Assembly: GCA_040005235.1 (NCBI GenBank)
Contig: JBDTZG010000002.1
Coordinates: 160,001-224,000 of the forward strand
Source: Acidobacteriota bacterium
GTDB lineage: Bacteria > Acidobacteriota > Thermoanaerobaculia > Multivoradales > UBA5704
Direction of reading: 5' to 3'
Length of the DNA: 64,000 bases
Below the pieces are notes generated by a model, which saw only the letters and a list, made by a program, of their open reading frames with translations, was not told where the DNA came from and made no database searches. Below, in pieces: positions 46,939-56,583 of the stretch (positions are counted from its first letter, which is position 1; each line of letters opens with the position of its first letter). Position numbers and translations under genes: made by a program.

Positions 46939-48144
46939 GTGGTCACCAAGAGTACGAAGACACCCAAGAAGTCGACGCCCAAGAAGGCAGAGCCTAAGAA
47001 GGCAGTCGCCAAAAAAGCGGCCCCCGAGAAGGCGGCACCGAAGACACCGAAAAAGGCGCCGCGGGGTCCGCGCAGAGCCACGATCTCTGATGGGCCGCCC
47101 TTGACGCTGGAGCAGGCCCAAGCGGTGGTACGGTCGACTCAGGCGCCACGGCGTGGGACGCGCCGGGCGTTGGTCGTCGACGCCACGCCGGCTTCGGTGG
47201 GCAAGGAGCGCGAGCAGCTCGAAAAACAGCAGCGCGAGGAGCGTGAACGCCGGGTGGAAGAGTACAAGGCGACGATGGAGCTGTTGAAGAAGAGAGGCGT
47301 CAAAGGACTCGGCCCGCCGGAAACCGAAAAACGGCGGGCCGCCACCCCCGGTGGCGGAGGAAGGCGGCGAGCGCCGGGGGTAACCGACCCCAATGCGGGA
47401 AAGCCGCTGCAGATCTTCGCCGAAGGCGATTCCTGGTTCGACTACCCGGTACCTCTTTTCGGTGGGGGAATCGTCCTGCGCCTGCAAAAGAAGCTGGGCG
47501 TACCGGTCCTCAACCTGGCCAAGGCGGGGGATGAAGCGCGTTTCATGCTGGGAGTCAAAGAACGCCAGATCATCGTGCAGCAGCTCACGAACGGTTGCCC
47601 CGCGGGCGGGCCGTGGGATGCGATGCTTTTCTCCGGCGGGGGCAACGACATCGTCGACAACCCGATGGCCCTTTGGATCACGGATTTCGATCCGAACATC
47701 CCGGTCGTCAACCACATTCATCCGGCGCGTTTCGCGGCAGCTCTCGACTTGGTCCGCTTTGCGTACGAGGATCTAATCGGTCTGCGCGACCAGCTCAGCC
47801 CGACCACGCACCTGATCTTTCACGCCTATGATTTTGCGATTCCCGACGGCCGCGGAGTCTGCTTTATGGGGCCTTGGCTCCAACCCACTTTCAAACTGAG
47901 GAAGTTTCCTACGCAGGCTGCAGGTTTCAATGTTGTGAAGGCGATGCTCCAGAAGTTCGCGGCCATGCTGACCGCCCTGGAAGGCGCGCACCCGAACGTC
48001 ACTTTCATCAATGGCCAGGGCACGCTGGCGCCAGTAACGACCTCCTGGCACAACGAGCTGCACCCGACGAAAACCGGATTCCAAACCTTCGCCGACTTGT
48101 TTCACGCGAAGTTGAAGGCGATGTTTCCGGGCAGAGTGCTGTAA
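46939..48144 (+). CDS. SGNH/GDSL-type hydrolase with Lys/Ala/Pro-rich N-terminal extension
   Basis: RBS AAGGAG; AEGDSWF, SGGGND, HAYD, NELHP; histone-like N-terminal tail. Confidence 0.8.
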   Translation: MVTKSTKTPKKSTPKKAEPKKAVAKKAAPEKAAPKTPKKAPRGPRRATISDGPPLTLEQAQAVVRSTQAPRRGTRRALVVDATPASVGKEREQLEKQQREERERRVEEYKATMELLKKRGVKGLGPPETEKRRAATPGGGGRRRAPGVTDPNAGKPLQIFAEGDSWFDYPVPLFGGGIVLRLQKKLGVPVLNLAKAGDEARFMLGVKERQIIVQQLTNGCPAGGPWDAMLFSGGGNDIVDNPMALWITDFDPNIPVVNHIHPARFAAALDLVRFAYEDLIGLRDQLSPTTHLIFHAYDFAIPDGRGVCFMGPWLQPTFKLRKFPTQAAGFNVVKAMLQKFAAMLTALEGAHPNVTFINGQGTLAPVTTSWHNELHPTKTGFQTFADLFHAKLKAMFPGRVL

Positions 48145-48204
48145 GGGCTCCGGCCCGCCTTAGAGACCGGCACTTTTCGCGATCTCTCAAGATCGAGCGA
48201 TAAA

Positions 48205-48236
48205 CCGCCGCCCGGTGGCCTACTCCCGGGCGGCGG
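48205..48236 (-). terminator. Terminator hairpin after the aldehyde dehydrogenase gene
   Basis: 11-bp stem ccgccgcccgg/ccgggcggcgg followed by TTTAT on the minus strand; between convergent genes. Confidence 0.6.
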
Positions 48237-48256
48237 ATGCGGCGGGTCCGGCTGTG

Positions 48257-49798
48257 CTATCCCTCGACCTCGAACTTGACCCCTTGGGCGAGCGGCAGCG
48301 CCTCGCCCCAGTTGATCGTGCAGGTCTGGCGGCGCATGTAGGCCTTCCAGGAGTCGGAGCCCGCTTCGCGGCCTCCGCCGGTTTCCTTCTCCCCTCCGAA
48401 GGCTCCGCCGATCTCCGCTCCCGAGGTTCCGATGTTGACGTTGGCGATGCCGCAATCCGAGCCGGTGGCGGCTAGGAAACGCTCGGCGCTCCGCATGTTG
48501 AGGGTAAAGATCGCGGAGGAGAGCCCTTGCGGCACGGCGTTGTGGTCGCGGATCGCCTCGTCGAGGGTCTCGAATTCGAACAGGTAGAGGATCGGCGCGA
48601 ACGTCTCGTCGCAGGTGATCGGCATCTGGGCGGTGGCTTCGATCAGCGTCGGTTCGACGTAGAAGCCGGGACGATCGAGGCGCTTGCCGCCGACCAGGAC
48701 GGTGCCCCCTTCGGACTTCGCCCGCTCGATCGCGGCCATCATGTTGTCGACCGCCGCCTCGTCGATCAACGGCCCCATCAGCGTGCCGGGCTCGGCCGGA
48801 TCGGTCGGACGGATCGACCCGTAAGCCTTGGTCAGGCGCTTCTTCATCTCGGCCGCGATCCCCTTCTGGAGGAACAGGCGGCGGGTGGAGGTGCAGCGCT
48901 GGCCGGCCGTGCCGACCGCGGCGAACAGAACGGCGCGGAGGGCGAGATCGAGATCCGCGTCATCCATCACCACGATGCCGTTGTTGCCACCCAGCTCCAG
49001 AAGCGCGCGGCCGAAGCGCTCGGCGAGCACCTTACCGACCTCGCGCCCCATGCGCACCGAGCCGGTGGCGGAAACCAGCGGCACGCGCGGGTCGGCGACT
49101 AGTCTTTGTCCCACGCCGGTCCGGCCGCCCATGATCAACGTGAAGATCGCCGGGGCATGGTTCCGTTCGAGCACCCGGGCAGCGATCTTGGTGACCGCGA
49201 TCGCGGTGAGCGGCGCCTGGTGCGACGGCTTCCAGATCGAGGAGTCACCGCAGACGGCGGCGACCATCGCGTTCCAGGCCCAGACGGCGACGGGGAAGTT
49301 GAACGCGGTGATCACGCCCACCGGCCCGAGAGGGTGCCACTGTTCATACATCCTGTGCTGCGGTCGCTCGGAGTGCATCGACAGGCCGTAGAGCTGGCGT
49401 GACAGACCGACCGAGAAATCGGCCATGTCGATCATCTCCTGCACCTCGCCCTGGCCCTCGGAGAGGATCTTGCCCACCTCGTAGGTGACCAGTAGGCCCA
49501 GCTCTTCCTTGTGCTTGCGCAGCTCTTCGCCGATCTGGCGGACGATCTCGCCGCGCCGCGGGGCGGGCCAGGTCCGCCACTCTTCAAACGCCTTGACGCT
49601 CGCCGCGGCGACCCGCTCGTAGTCCTCTTCGGTCGCCAGATGAACGGCGGCGATCGGCTCGCCGGTGGCGGGATTGAGCGAAACGACCCGCTCGCCATGG
49701 GTTTCGAACCAGGTGCCGTCGAAGGCCCCCGGGTTTTCGGGTCCAATCTCTAGCGCTGCGAGAACTTCGTCAACGCGATGTGCGGTGGTGGCGGTCAT
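48257..49798 (-). CDS. Aldehyde dehydrogenase family 7 (piperideine-6-carboxylate/aminoadipate-semialdehyde dehydrogenase-like)
   Basis: Start MTATTAH with RBS GGAG; TAFNFPVAVW, LELGGNN, GTAGQRCT, ETFAP, GAFGGEKETGGGRE. Confidence 0.9.
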   Translation of the reverse strand: MTATTAHRVDEVLAALEIGPENPGAFDGTWFETHGERVVSLNPATGEPIAAVHLATEEDYERVAAASVKAFEEWRTWPAPRRGEIVRQIGEELRKHKEELGLLVTYEVGKILSEGQGEVQEMIDMADFSVGLSRQLYGLSMHSERPQHRMYEQWHPLGPVGVITAFNFPVAVWAWNAMVAAVCGDSSIWKPSHQAPLTAIAVTKIAARVLERNHAPAIFTLIMGGRTGVGQRLVADPRVPLVSATGSVRMGREVGKVLAERFGRALLELGGNNGIVVMDDADLDLALRAVLFAAVGTAGQRCTSTRRLFLQKGIAAEMKKRLTKAYGSIRPTDPAEPGTLMGPLIDEAAVDNMMAAIERAKSEGGTVLVGGKRLDRPGFYVEPTLIEATAQMPITCDETFAPILYLFEFETLDEAIRDHNAVPQGLSSAIFTLNMRSAERFLAATGSDCGIANVNIGTSGAEIGGAFGGEKETGGGREAGSDSWKAYMRRQTCTINWGEALPLAQGVKFEVEG

Positions 49799-50000
49799 GG
49801 GGACTGATCTCCTGAGAGAAGAAGGGAATACGAAGTCTGGGGAGGCGGACCGGGGGAGCCCGCGAGCAGGAAGGATATCGCAGGGAGGACTACGGCTCTT
49901 CCCCCTGTTAGAACATTCGCCGCATTCCCTTCGTTCCCGGCCGCCGAAGGAATGGGACCTGCTTTCCGCAGGTTCGTTTGAGTAGACTTCAAGGCAAACC

Positions 50001-52970
50001 ATGTCGGATGACGTTTCATCGCCGGGAGAGCCCGCTTCCGAGGCGGAAGAGGGCGAGACCGTTTTCCTGGGACCGAGCGGCGCGGCGGTCAAGGGGGAGC
50101 CTCCGCTCGCGACCCAGCCGGCGGCGGGTGGGGCGGATCCGATGGGATCGGACGAGCTCGCCCGGGGGAGCGTCGTCGATCGGTTCGTGATCCTCGATGT
50201 AGTGGGGCGCGGCGGGATGGGGGTGGTCTACGCCGCCTACGATCCGGATCTCGACCGGAAGATCGCCTTGAAGCTGGTCCGGCCGAACCGGCCGGGGGCC
50301 GGGGAAGGGCAGCTGTTGCGTGAGGCGCAGGCGATCGCCCGACTGTCACACCCGAACGTCGTCGCGGTCTACGACGTCGGTACCCATCGCGACCAGGTGT
50401 TTCTCGCGATGGAGCTGGTCGAGGGGAGGAACCTCGGCCCCTGGCTGGCCCAGGCTCCGCGCTCGGTGCGCGAGATCCTGGATGTCTTCATCGCGGCGGG
50501 TCGCGGTCTCGCGGCGGCGCATGCCGCGGGCCTGGTTCATCGCGATTTCAAGCCGGACAACGTGCTGATCGGCAACGACGGCCGGGTGCGGGTCGCCGAT
50601 TTCGGCGTCGCCCGGCGGTTCGAATCGGCGGGAGAACAGCCGGCGGAATTTCGCGATCTGCCGGAAGAGGCGCGTTCGGCGCGGGCGACCCGTTCGACCG
50701 TCGCGGTCGGCGAGGCGACGCGGTTCGGAATGGCGGTCGGGACCGTTCCTTACATGGCGCCCGAGCAGCTGCGGCGGGGCGTGGCCGACGCCAAGAGCGA
50801 TCAGTTCGCGTTTTCGATCGCCCTGTTCGAGGCGCTCTACGGCGAGCGGCCATTCGCCGGCCAGGGCGCGCTCGATCTGGCGCTCGCGATGGAATCGGGC
50901 GAGCTGCGCACGCCGAATCCTCCCGGCCGGCGGATCCCGCCCGCCTTTCGCGCGGCGCTCGGGCGTGGCCTGGCGTTCGATCCCGCCGCGCGCTTTTCCT
51001 CAATGGACGAGCTGCTCTCCACCCTGGCCCACGATCCGGAGGCAGCCCGGCGGCGGGCGTGGGGGATCGCCGCGGTGCTGGCGCTCCTGATCGTCGCGGG
51101 CTTCGGCCTGCGCGAATTGGCGCTGCGCCGCGCCCGGGTCTGCGCCGGGGGAGAAGAGAAGGTCGCCGATCTGTGGAACCCGCAGCGGAAAGCGGCCGTT
51201 GCCGCCGCGTTCCGTGCGACCGGTCTACCGTTTGCCGAAGGGACATGGGCCGGGGTGGAGCGCGTTCTCGACCGCTACGCCGCGGACTGGGCCGGCATGC
51301 ACCGCGAGGCGTGCGAGGCGACCCGCGTGCGCGGCGACCAGTCCGAGGCGCTGCTCGATCGGCGGATGTTCTGCCTCGACCAGAGGCTGCGCGACGCGGG
51401 GGCTCTGATCGACCTGCTCAGCCACGCGGACGGCGCGGTGGTCGAAAAATCGGTCGCCGCCTCGATCGACCTGCCGGCCCTCGCCTCGTGCGCGGACCTG
51501 TCGGCGATCAACGCCCGGGTGCCGCCGCCGGCCGACCCCAAAGTCCGGGCCGCCGCGCGAATCGTGGGGCAGCAGGTCGCCGCGGCGCGGGCGAGCTATG
51601 CGGCCGGACAATACAAAGCCGGAGTCAACCCCGCGCGCCGCGCGGCGGATGCGGCGGGAAAGATCGCCTATCCGCCGCTCCGCGCCGAAGCGCTGGTGGT
51701 CCTCGGCGGGCTCGAAGAGCGGACCGAAGATTTCGCCGCGGCGCGCGAGACGCTCCACTCCGCCTGGTGGACGGCGGAAGCTGGAGCCGACGACGAGGTG
51801 AAGACCCGGGCGGCGACTGAGCTGATGCGGCTCGAACGGCTGCAGAGCCGGTTCGACGTCGGCAGCGACTGGGGGCGTTTCGCCGCGGCGACGCTCGATC
51901 GCCTGGGCTCCGAACCGAGCCTCAAAGCGGGCTACCTGTTGGAGCTGGGGCTGCTCCGATCCGAAGAGGGAAAGTACAACGAGGCGCTGGTACCGCTGCG
52001 CGAGGCGGTCGCCCTGCGCCGGAAAGCGGCGGAGCGCGCCGAGTTGGTCGGTCCGCTCGGCAGCCTCGGCATGGTGCTCCACCGCAAGGGGGAGTACGAG
52101 CCGGCCCGAAAAGCTTACGAAGAGGCGCTCGCGCTCGGCCGGCGCGAGCTGGGAGCGGAGCATCCGGAAGTCGCCTCGATGCTCCAACGGGTGGGGAACC
52201 TTTTGTTCGATCAGGGGCGCTACGAGGAGTCCGCGACCTACAGCCGCCAAGCGCTCGCGATCCGCGAAAAGGTCCTCGGAAAGGATCACTACCAGGTCGG
52301 CGCGTCGCTCACCAGCTTGGGCAACGCCCTTTCCGAGCTGGGCCGTCAGGCCGAGGCGCTCGCCTGCTACGAGCGGGGGTTGGCCCTCCAGAGCCGTGCC
52401 TTCGGAGAGGGCTCCCCGGGTGTGGCGGTCACGCTCAACAACATGGCGAACGTCTATCTGAAGCAGCGCCGTTTCGACCTCGCGGAGCAGCAGTTCCGGC
52501 GGGTCTACGAGATCCGCTCGAAAGCCCTTGGCCCCGAGCACCCGGCGACCGCGCTCGCGCTCCACAACATCGGCGTGACACTCGATCAGAGCGGCCAGCC
52601 GGGAGAAGCGCTGCCGTTTTTCGAAAAATCGCTGAGCATCTCGGAGCATGCGCTCGGCCCGGATCACCCGACTATCGTAGAAACCCTCCTGGCAATCGCC
52701 GACGCCGAAACCCACGACGGGCATCCTGAGCGTGCCCTGCCGCGCCTCGAACGGGCTCTCAAGGCCGTCGAGAAAGGGGATATGGACGCCGACCTCGGAG
52801 GCCGAACCCGATTCGCCCTCGCCTCGGTCCTCGGCAAAGCGAGACGCGATTCGGCGAGAGCAAAGGCCCTCGCCGAACGGGCGATGGCCGATTTCGCCTC
52901 TCTCGGCAAAGACGGCGAGGAGTTGCGGAAAGAGGTCGAAGTCTGGCTTGCCGGCCGGGTTAAGGGCTGA
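50001..52970 (+). CDS. Hanks-type Ser/Thr protein kinase with TM segment and TPR repeats
   Basis: GRGGMGVVY, IALK, HRDFKPDN, DFG, YMAPE; kinesin-light-chain-like repeats LGxxHPxVA. Confidence 0.92.
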   Translation: MSDDVSSPGEPASEAEEGETVFLGPSGAAVKGEPPLATQPAAGGADPMGSDELARGSVVDRFVILDVVGRGGMGVVYAAYDPDLDRKIALKLVRPNRPGAGEGQLLREAQAIARLSHPNVVAVYDVGTHRDQVFLAMELVEGRNLGPWLAQAPRSVREILDVFIAAGRGLAAAHAAGLVHRDFKPDNVLIGNDGRVRVADFGVARRFESAGEQPAEFRDLPEEARSARATRSTVAVGEATRFGMAVGTVPYMAPEQLRRGVADAKSDQFAFSIALFEALYGERPFAGQGALDLALAMESGELRTPNPPGRRIPPAFRAALGRGLAFDPAARFSSMDELLSTLAHDPEAARRRAWGIAAVLALLIVAGFGLRELALRRARVCAGGEEKVADLWNPQRKAAVAAAFRATGLPFAEGTWAGVERVLDRYAADWAGMHREACEATRVRGDQSEALLDRRMFCLDQRLRDAGALIDLLSHADGAVVEKSVAASIDLPALASCADLSAINARVPPPADPKVRAAARIVGQQVAAARASYAAGQYKAGVNPARRAADAAGKIAYPPLRAEALVVLGGLEERTEDFAAARETLHSAWWTAEAGADDEVKTRAATELMRLERLQSRFDVGSDWGRFAAATLDRLGSEPSLKAGYLLELGLLRSEEGKYNEALVPLREAVALRRKAAERAELVGPLGSLGMVLHRKGEYEPARKAYEEALALGRRELGAEHPEVASMLQRVGNLLFDQGRYEESATYSRQALAIREKVLGKDHYQVGASLTSLGNALSELGRQAEALACYERGLALQSRAFGEGSPGVAVTLNNMANVYLKQRRFDLAEQQFRRVYEIRSKALGPEHPATALALHNIGVTLDQSGQPGEALPFFEKSLSISEHALGPDHPTIVETLLAIADAETHDGHPERALPRLERALKAVEKGDMDADLGGRTRFALASVLGKARRDSARAKALAERAMADFASLGKDGEELRKEVEVWLAGRVKG

Positions 52971-53069
52971 CGGGAGAGTGGTCCCCGCCCTGCTAGACTC
53001 GGGTTCCACCCAAACGTAACGAACGCACCGATTGCGGCAACCCCGGTTCGTTCGAAGGAGCGTTTCCGT

Positions 53070-55010
53070 TTGCTTCCCACCACCGACATAGCCTCGGAGA
53101 TTGAGCGGGCGATTCTGGATCGGGGGTCGCTCTCGAAGGCGGAGATCGTCGAGACGTGGGGGCTCGATGAGGGCGGGTATCGCGAGCTGCAAGGGTTCTT
53201 GGCGCGGCATTCCGAGATTGAGCCGGGGGCTCCGGGGACGGGGGGATTTTCGGCGCGGCAGAAGCGCGGGCGGATTCCCGAGGAGAGTGAAATCGCGGCC
53301 GGCCTTTTGCGCGAGGGGTGGGAGACTCTGGCGGTGGAGCGCCTGGTGGCGCTTCTGCAACACGCGACGCTCGAAAAGCTGCTGGACGACCTGCTCTACA
53401 CGATCCGCCAGGTGAGGAAAGAGGTGGAAGGCTCCGACCGGCGCGGCACGAAACGGGAGCTGGCGACAGCGCTCGTGTTGCGACACGGCATCGACCTGCT
53501 GGCCTCGCCGGCCGTGCGCGAAGCGGTCGCCAAAGCCGCGGGGGTCGATTTCCCGCGCCGTTGGCACCCGGGCAAAGCGACCGCCAGCGAGTTCGTGCTG
53601 CTGTTGGGGTTTCCGCCGGAGCTGGCGGGGATTCCGGCGCCCGAGTCGCTGCCTGACCTCGAATTCCTCGAAGGGCGATTCAAGCTCGAACCGCTCGCGG
53701 ATTTCCAAAAAGAGGTCCAGCGCGGCATCCTCGAAACGCTGCAAGAACCCCTCGGCCGGCGCTGCCTGGTGACCCTGCCGACCGGCGGCGGCAAGACGCG
53801 GGTGGCGGTCGAAAGCATCGCCTGGTGGCTGCCCGATCACTACGACCGGGAGAAAGAACGGGCGCACCAAGGAGCGGTTCTTTGGCTTGCCCATACGGAA
53901 GAGCTGTGCGAACAGGCATGCGCCTGTTTCAAGCAGGTTTGGGAGGCGTCCGAAAACGTCTGTCCGATGACGTTGATTCGCTTCTGGGGCGATCACCTCA
54001 AAGATCTGATCGCCCACCAGAGCACGCTGCTTCAAGTGCTCGCCCGGCCGAACGTAGTAGTCACCACGCCGCAGAGGCTGGTGAATCTGCTTGATGGGCG
54101 AGCGCAGGGAGCGGCACATCTGCTCGGCGAGTTGATCCCCGCGCTCGGCCTGATCGTGATCGACGAGGCGCACCGCGCGGCGGCCCCCTCGTACCGACGC
54201 ATCTTGAGCGACCTCGCGGCCGAGCGGAAGGTCTCGGTGATCGGCCTCACCGCGACGCCGTTCCGTATGGAGTATCTGGGCGACGATCCGGAAGAGGGGA
54301 CTCGCGAGTTGCGCGCGGTCTTCGATCGCTTGATCGAGCCGCGCGACAAGCTGGGGGACGATCCGCACCAGCGGCTTCAGGAAATGGGCGTTCTCGCGCG
54401 GCCGGAGTTCGAGACGATCCGGACGCCCACGACGATTCGATTGCCCGATCCGCCGACCTCGAACCTGCTCACCGAAGAGCAGCTCGACCGGCTCGACCGG
54501 GTGCTCGCGATCCGCACCGACAACACGGCTCGCCGTCTGGCGATTCTGGAGCGGCTGCTGCCTCTCGCCCGCGAGCCGCACCATTCGATTCTCTATTTCG
54601 GTCCGAGCGTCCGCGATGCCGAGTGCATGGCGTTTCTGTTGCGCCAGCAGGGGATTCCCGCCGCGGTGATCTCCGGCGTCACCCGCGACGTCACGCGGCG
54701 GCAGGTGGTGGCGGAATTCAAGCAAGGCGGCATTCGCGTACTGTGCAATTGCGAGGTGTTGACCACCGGATTCGACGCACCGCGCGTGACCCACGTGGTG
54801 ATGGCACGGCCGACCGTGTCCCGCGTGCTCTACGAACAGATCGTCGGCCGCGGCCTGCGCGGTCCGAAGTTCGGCGGCACGGCGACCTGCGCAATCCTCG
54901 ATTGCGAAGACAACTTCCGCGGCGACCGGCCGCAGCTCGGCTATGAGGCGTTTCGCAAAGTTTGGCTGGAGCGGCGGCGCGGGCGGGGAAGCATCCTGCC
55001 CGCGTCATGA
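53070..55010 (+). CDS. SF2 DEAD/DEAH-box helicase (ResIII-like) with N-terminal extension
   Basis: RBS AAGGAG before TTG; LPTGGGKT, IDEAH, GLTATP, LTTGFDAP, QIVGRGLR. Confidence 0.9.
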   Translation: MLPTTDIASEIERAILDRGSLSKAEIVETWGLDEGGYRELQGFLARHSEIEPGAPGTGGFSARQKRGRIPEESEIAAGLLREGWETLAVERLVALLQHATLEKLLDDLLYTIRQVRKEVEGSDRRGTKRELATALVLRHGIDLLASPAVREAVAKAAGVDFPRRWHPGKATASEFVLLLGFPPELAGIPAPESLPDLEFLEGRFKLEPLADFQKEVQRGILETLQEPLGRRCLVTLPTGGGKTRVAVESIAWWLPDHYDREKERAHQGAVLWLAHTEELCEQACACFKQVWEASENVCPMTLIRFWGDHLKDLIAHQSTLLQVLARPNVVVTTPQRLVNLLDGRAQGAAHLLGELIPALGLIVIDEAHRAAAPSYRRILSDLAAERKVSVIGLTATPFRMEYLGDDPEEGTRELRAVFDRLIEPRDKLGDDPHQRLQEMGVLARPEFETIRTPTTIRLPDPPTSNLLTEEQLDRLDRVLAIRTDNTARRLAILERLLPLAREPHHSILYFGPSVRDAECMAFLLRQQGIPAAVISGVTRDVTRRQVVAEFKQGGIRVLCNCEVLTTGFDAPRVTHVVMARPTVSRVLYEQIVGRGLRGPKFGGTATCAILDCEDNFRGDRPQLGYEAFRKVWLERRRGRGSILPAS

Positions 55011-55023
55011 TCCGTTCGCCTCG

Positions 55024-56460
55024 TCAGCTGATCGCGTCCCGCTCCTTTTGTGCCAGCTTTTTCGCCAGCCGCGCGCGCTCCTTTTGGAAGGCCGGGTCGT
55101 AGGCGAGGTTGTTGATCTCGGTCGGATCGTTGTCCAGGTCGTAGAGTTCGAACTCCTCCGGGTAGGTGCCGTTGGCGTCGAAGTAGCGAGCGTACTTCCA
55201 GCGCGTCTCCCGGATGCAGCGGATGCGGTTCGCGGCGCGGACGGCGCTCGGGTTGTTCGGAAATCCGGCGCGCACGTCGTCGAAGGTGAAGTAGAGATCG
55301 TTCGATCCAGTAGCTTTCCCCTCCGGGTTCGTGATCATCGGGGCGAACGAAGTTCCTTTGGCTCCCTCGGGAGGGGCTACACCGCAAAGATCGGCGATCG
55401 TGGGTAGCACGTCGATCAGCGAGACGATTCGGTCGGAGGTCCGGGCCTCCGGGAACAGCACCGGGTTTGAGACCACCATCGGCACGCGGAGCGTCTCTTC
55501 ATAGACGTTGAATGCCTTCTGTCGCAGGCCGCCGTGGGCCATGCCCATCTCGCCATGGTCGGCGGCGCGGATCACGATCGTGTTCTTCCCCAGCTCGGTC
55601 GGCTCGCCGTTTTCGTCGTAGAGCAGGTCGATGACCGGGGTCAACTGGCTGTCGATCTGGGCGATCAGGTTGGCGTAGAAGTTGATGTAGTCGAGCTTGC
55701 GCTGCTTGGTCGGCAGCAGCCCGAGGCCGAACGCGGCGGTCGGGATCAACTGGACCTGAGCGGTCGGTTTCTGGTTGTTCCTCAGGTTTTCATTCCAAGT
55801 GGAAGGGAGGCGGACGTCGCCCTTCAAGTCTTCATCGGTATAACCGTAGGTGTAGCTCTGGGGATAGGAGAGCACGTCGTGCGGGTTCACCAGCGAGAGC
55901 GTCAGGCAAAACGGCTGGTTCGCTTCCGCCGACTTGAGGAATTCGACCGCCTGGGAGATGTACCGCGCATCGTGAGCGGCATAGCCGCCGCCGAAATTTC
56001 GCACGTCGGTGTCTTCCCCCGCATCCGGCGGCACCCACCCTTCGAAGCCGTAGATCGAGATGCCTTCCTGCAAAAGACTGTTCTCGCCGTCGGGCCCCTT
56101 CACCAGGTGAAATTTGCCCCGGTAGGGAACGCGATAGCCGGCGGGGCGCAGGGTGGTCGCGAGGTTCGGCAGGGTCGGATCGAGCACGGTTTCGGTCGGC
56201 GAGAACGTGCCGCCATAGGTGAGCGTGTCCACAGCCTGATGCTGCGCCGGGTAGAGGCTGGTGAACAGCGTGCTCCGACTGGGCGTACACATGCAGGCGT
56301 TGCAAAATGCGCGTTCGAAGGACATCCCGTGGCGCTTCAAGCGCGTCAGGTTCTTCAGGTGCCGCTGTTCCCAGCCTGGCGGAAAATGTTGGGTCGCGCG
56401 CTCCTGATCGGTGAGCAGCAGAATGACGTTCGGGCGAGTGGGGAGCGGACTCTTCATCAT
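55024..56460 (-). CDS. Sulfatase (formylglycine-dependent)
   Basis: PNVILLLTDQ, CTPSR, GKFHL, NPHD, ADHGE, ELYDL..DP.E. Confidence 0.9.
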   Translation of the reverse strand: MMKSPLPTRPNVILLLTDQERATQHFPPGWEQRHLKNLTRLKRHGMSFERAFCNACMCTPSRSTLFTSLYPAQHQAVDTLTYGGTFSPTETVLDPTLPNLATTLRPAGYRVPYRGKFHLVKGPDGENSLLQEGISIYGFEGWVPPDAGEDTDVRNFGGGYAAHDARYISQAVEFLKSAEANQPFCLTLSLVNPHDVLSYPQSYTYGYTDEDLKGDVRLPSTWNENLRNNQKPTAQVQLIPTAAFGLGLLPTKQRKLDYINFYANLIAQIDSQLTPVIDLLYDENGEPTELGKNTIVIRAADHGEMGMAHGGLRQKAFNVYEETLRVPMVVSNPVLFPEARTSDRIVSLIDVLPTIADLCGVAPPEGAKGTSFAPMITNPEGKATGSNDLYFTFDDVRAGFPNNPSAVRAANRIRCIRETRWKYARYFDANGTYPEEFELYDLDNDPTEINNLAYDPAFQKERARLAKKLAQKERDAIS

Positions 56461-56583
56461 GGATCTCCTCGGAGGACGGTCACGATTCGAACGGAAACCG
56501 AATCGTAGTCGATAGCGGGGAGGATGCGGCGGGGCGCGCCACCGAGAGATGCCTCGGCCGCGCGCCCTTTTGGGTTGCAGCGA

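Noticed and set aside
36218-48144. Prophage or ICE downstream of the tRNAs
   Set aside because: No integrase, phage structural, replication or conjugation genes are recognisable
49799-50092. 98-aa N-terminal extension of the aldehyde dehydrogenase
   Set aside because: It overlaps the divergent kinase start; the RBS and family length support the start at 49798
53009-53052. aacgaac...gttcgtt inverted repeat upstream of the helicase as an SOS box
   Set aside because: It does not match GTTC-N7-GTTC spacing, and the arms are too short to support a call
51225-54794. 1189-aa ORF on the minus strand
   Set aside because: Antisense shadow of the kinase and helicase genes, which carry clear motifs. 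Long shadow ORFs are expected in GC-rich DNA. The same applies to 7240-9201, 14420-16705 and 27595-29640.
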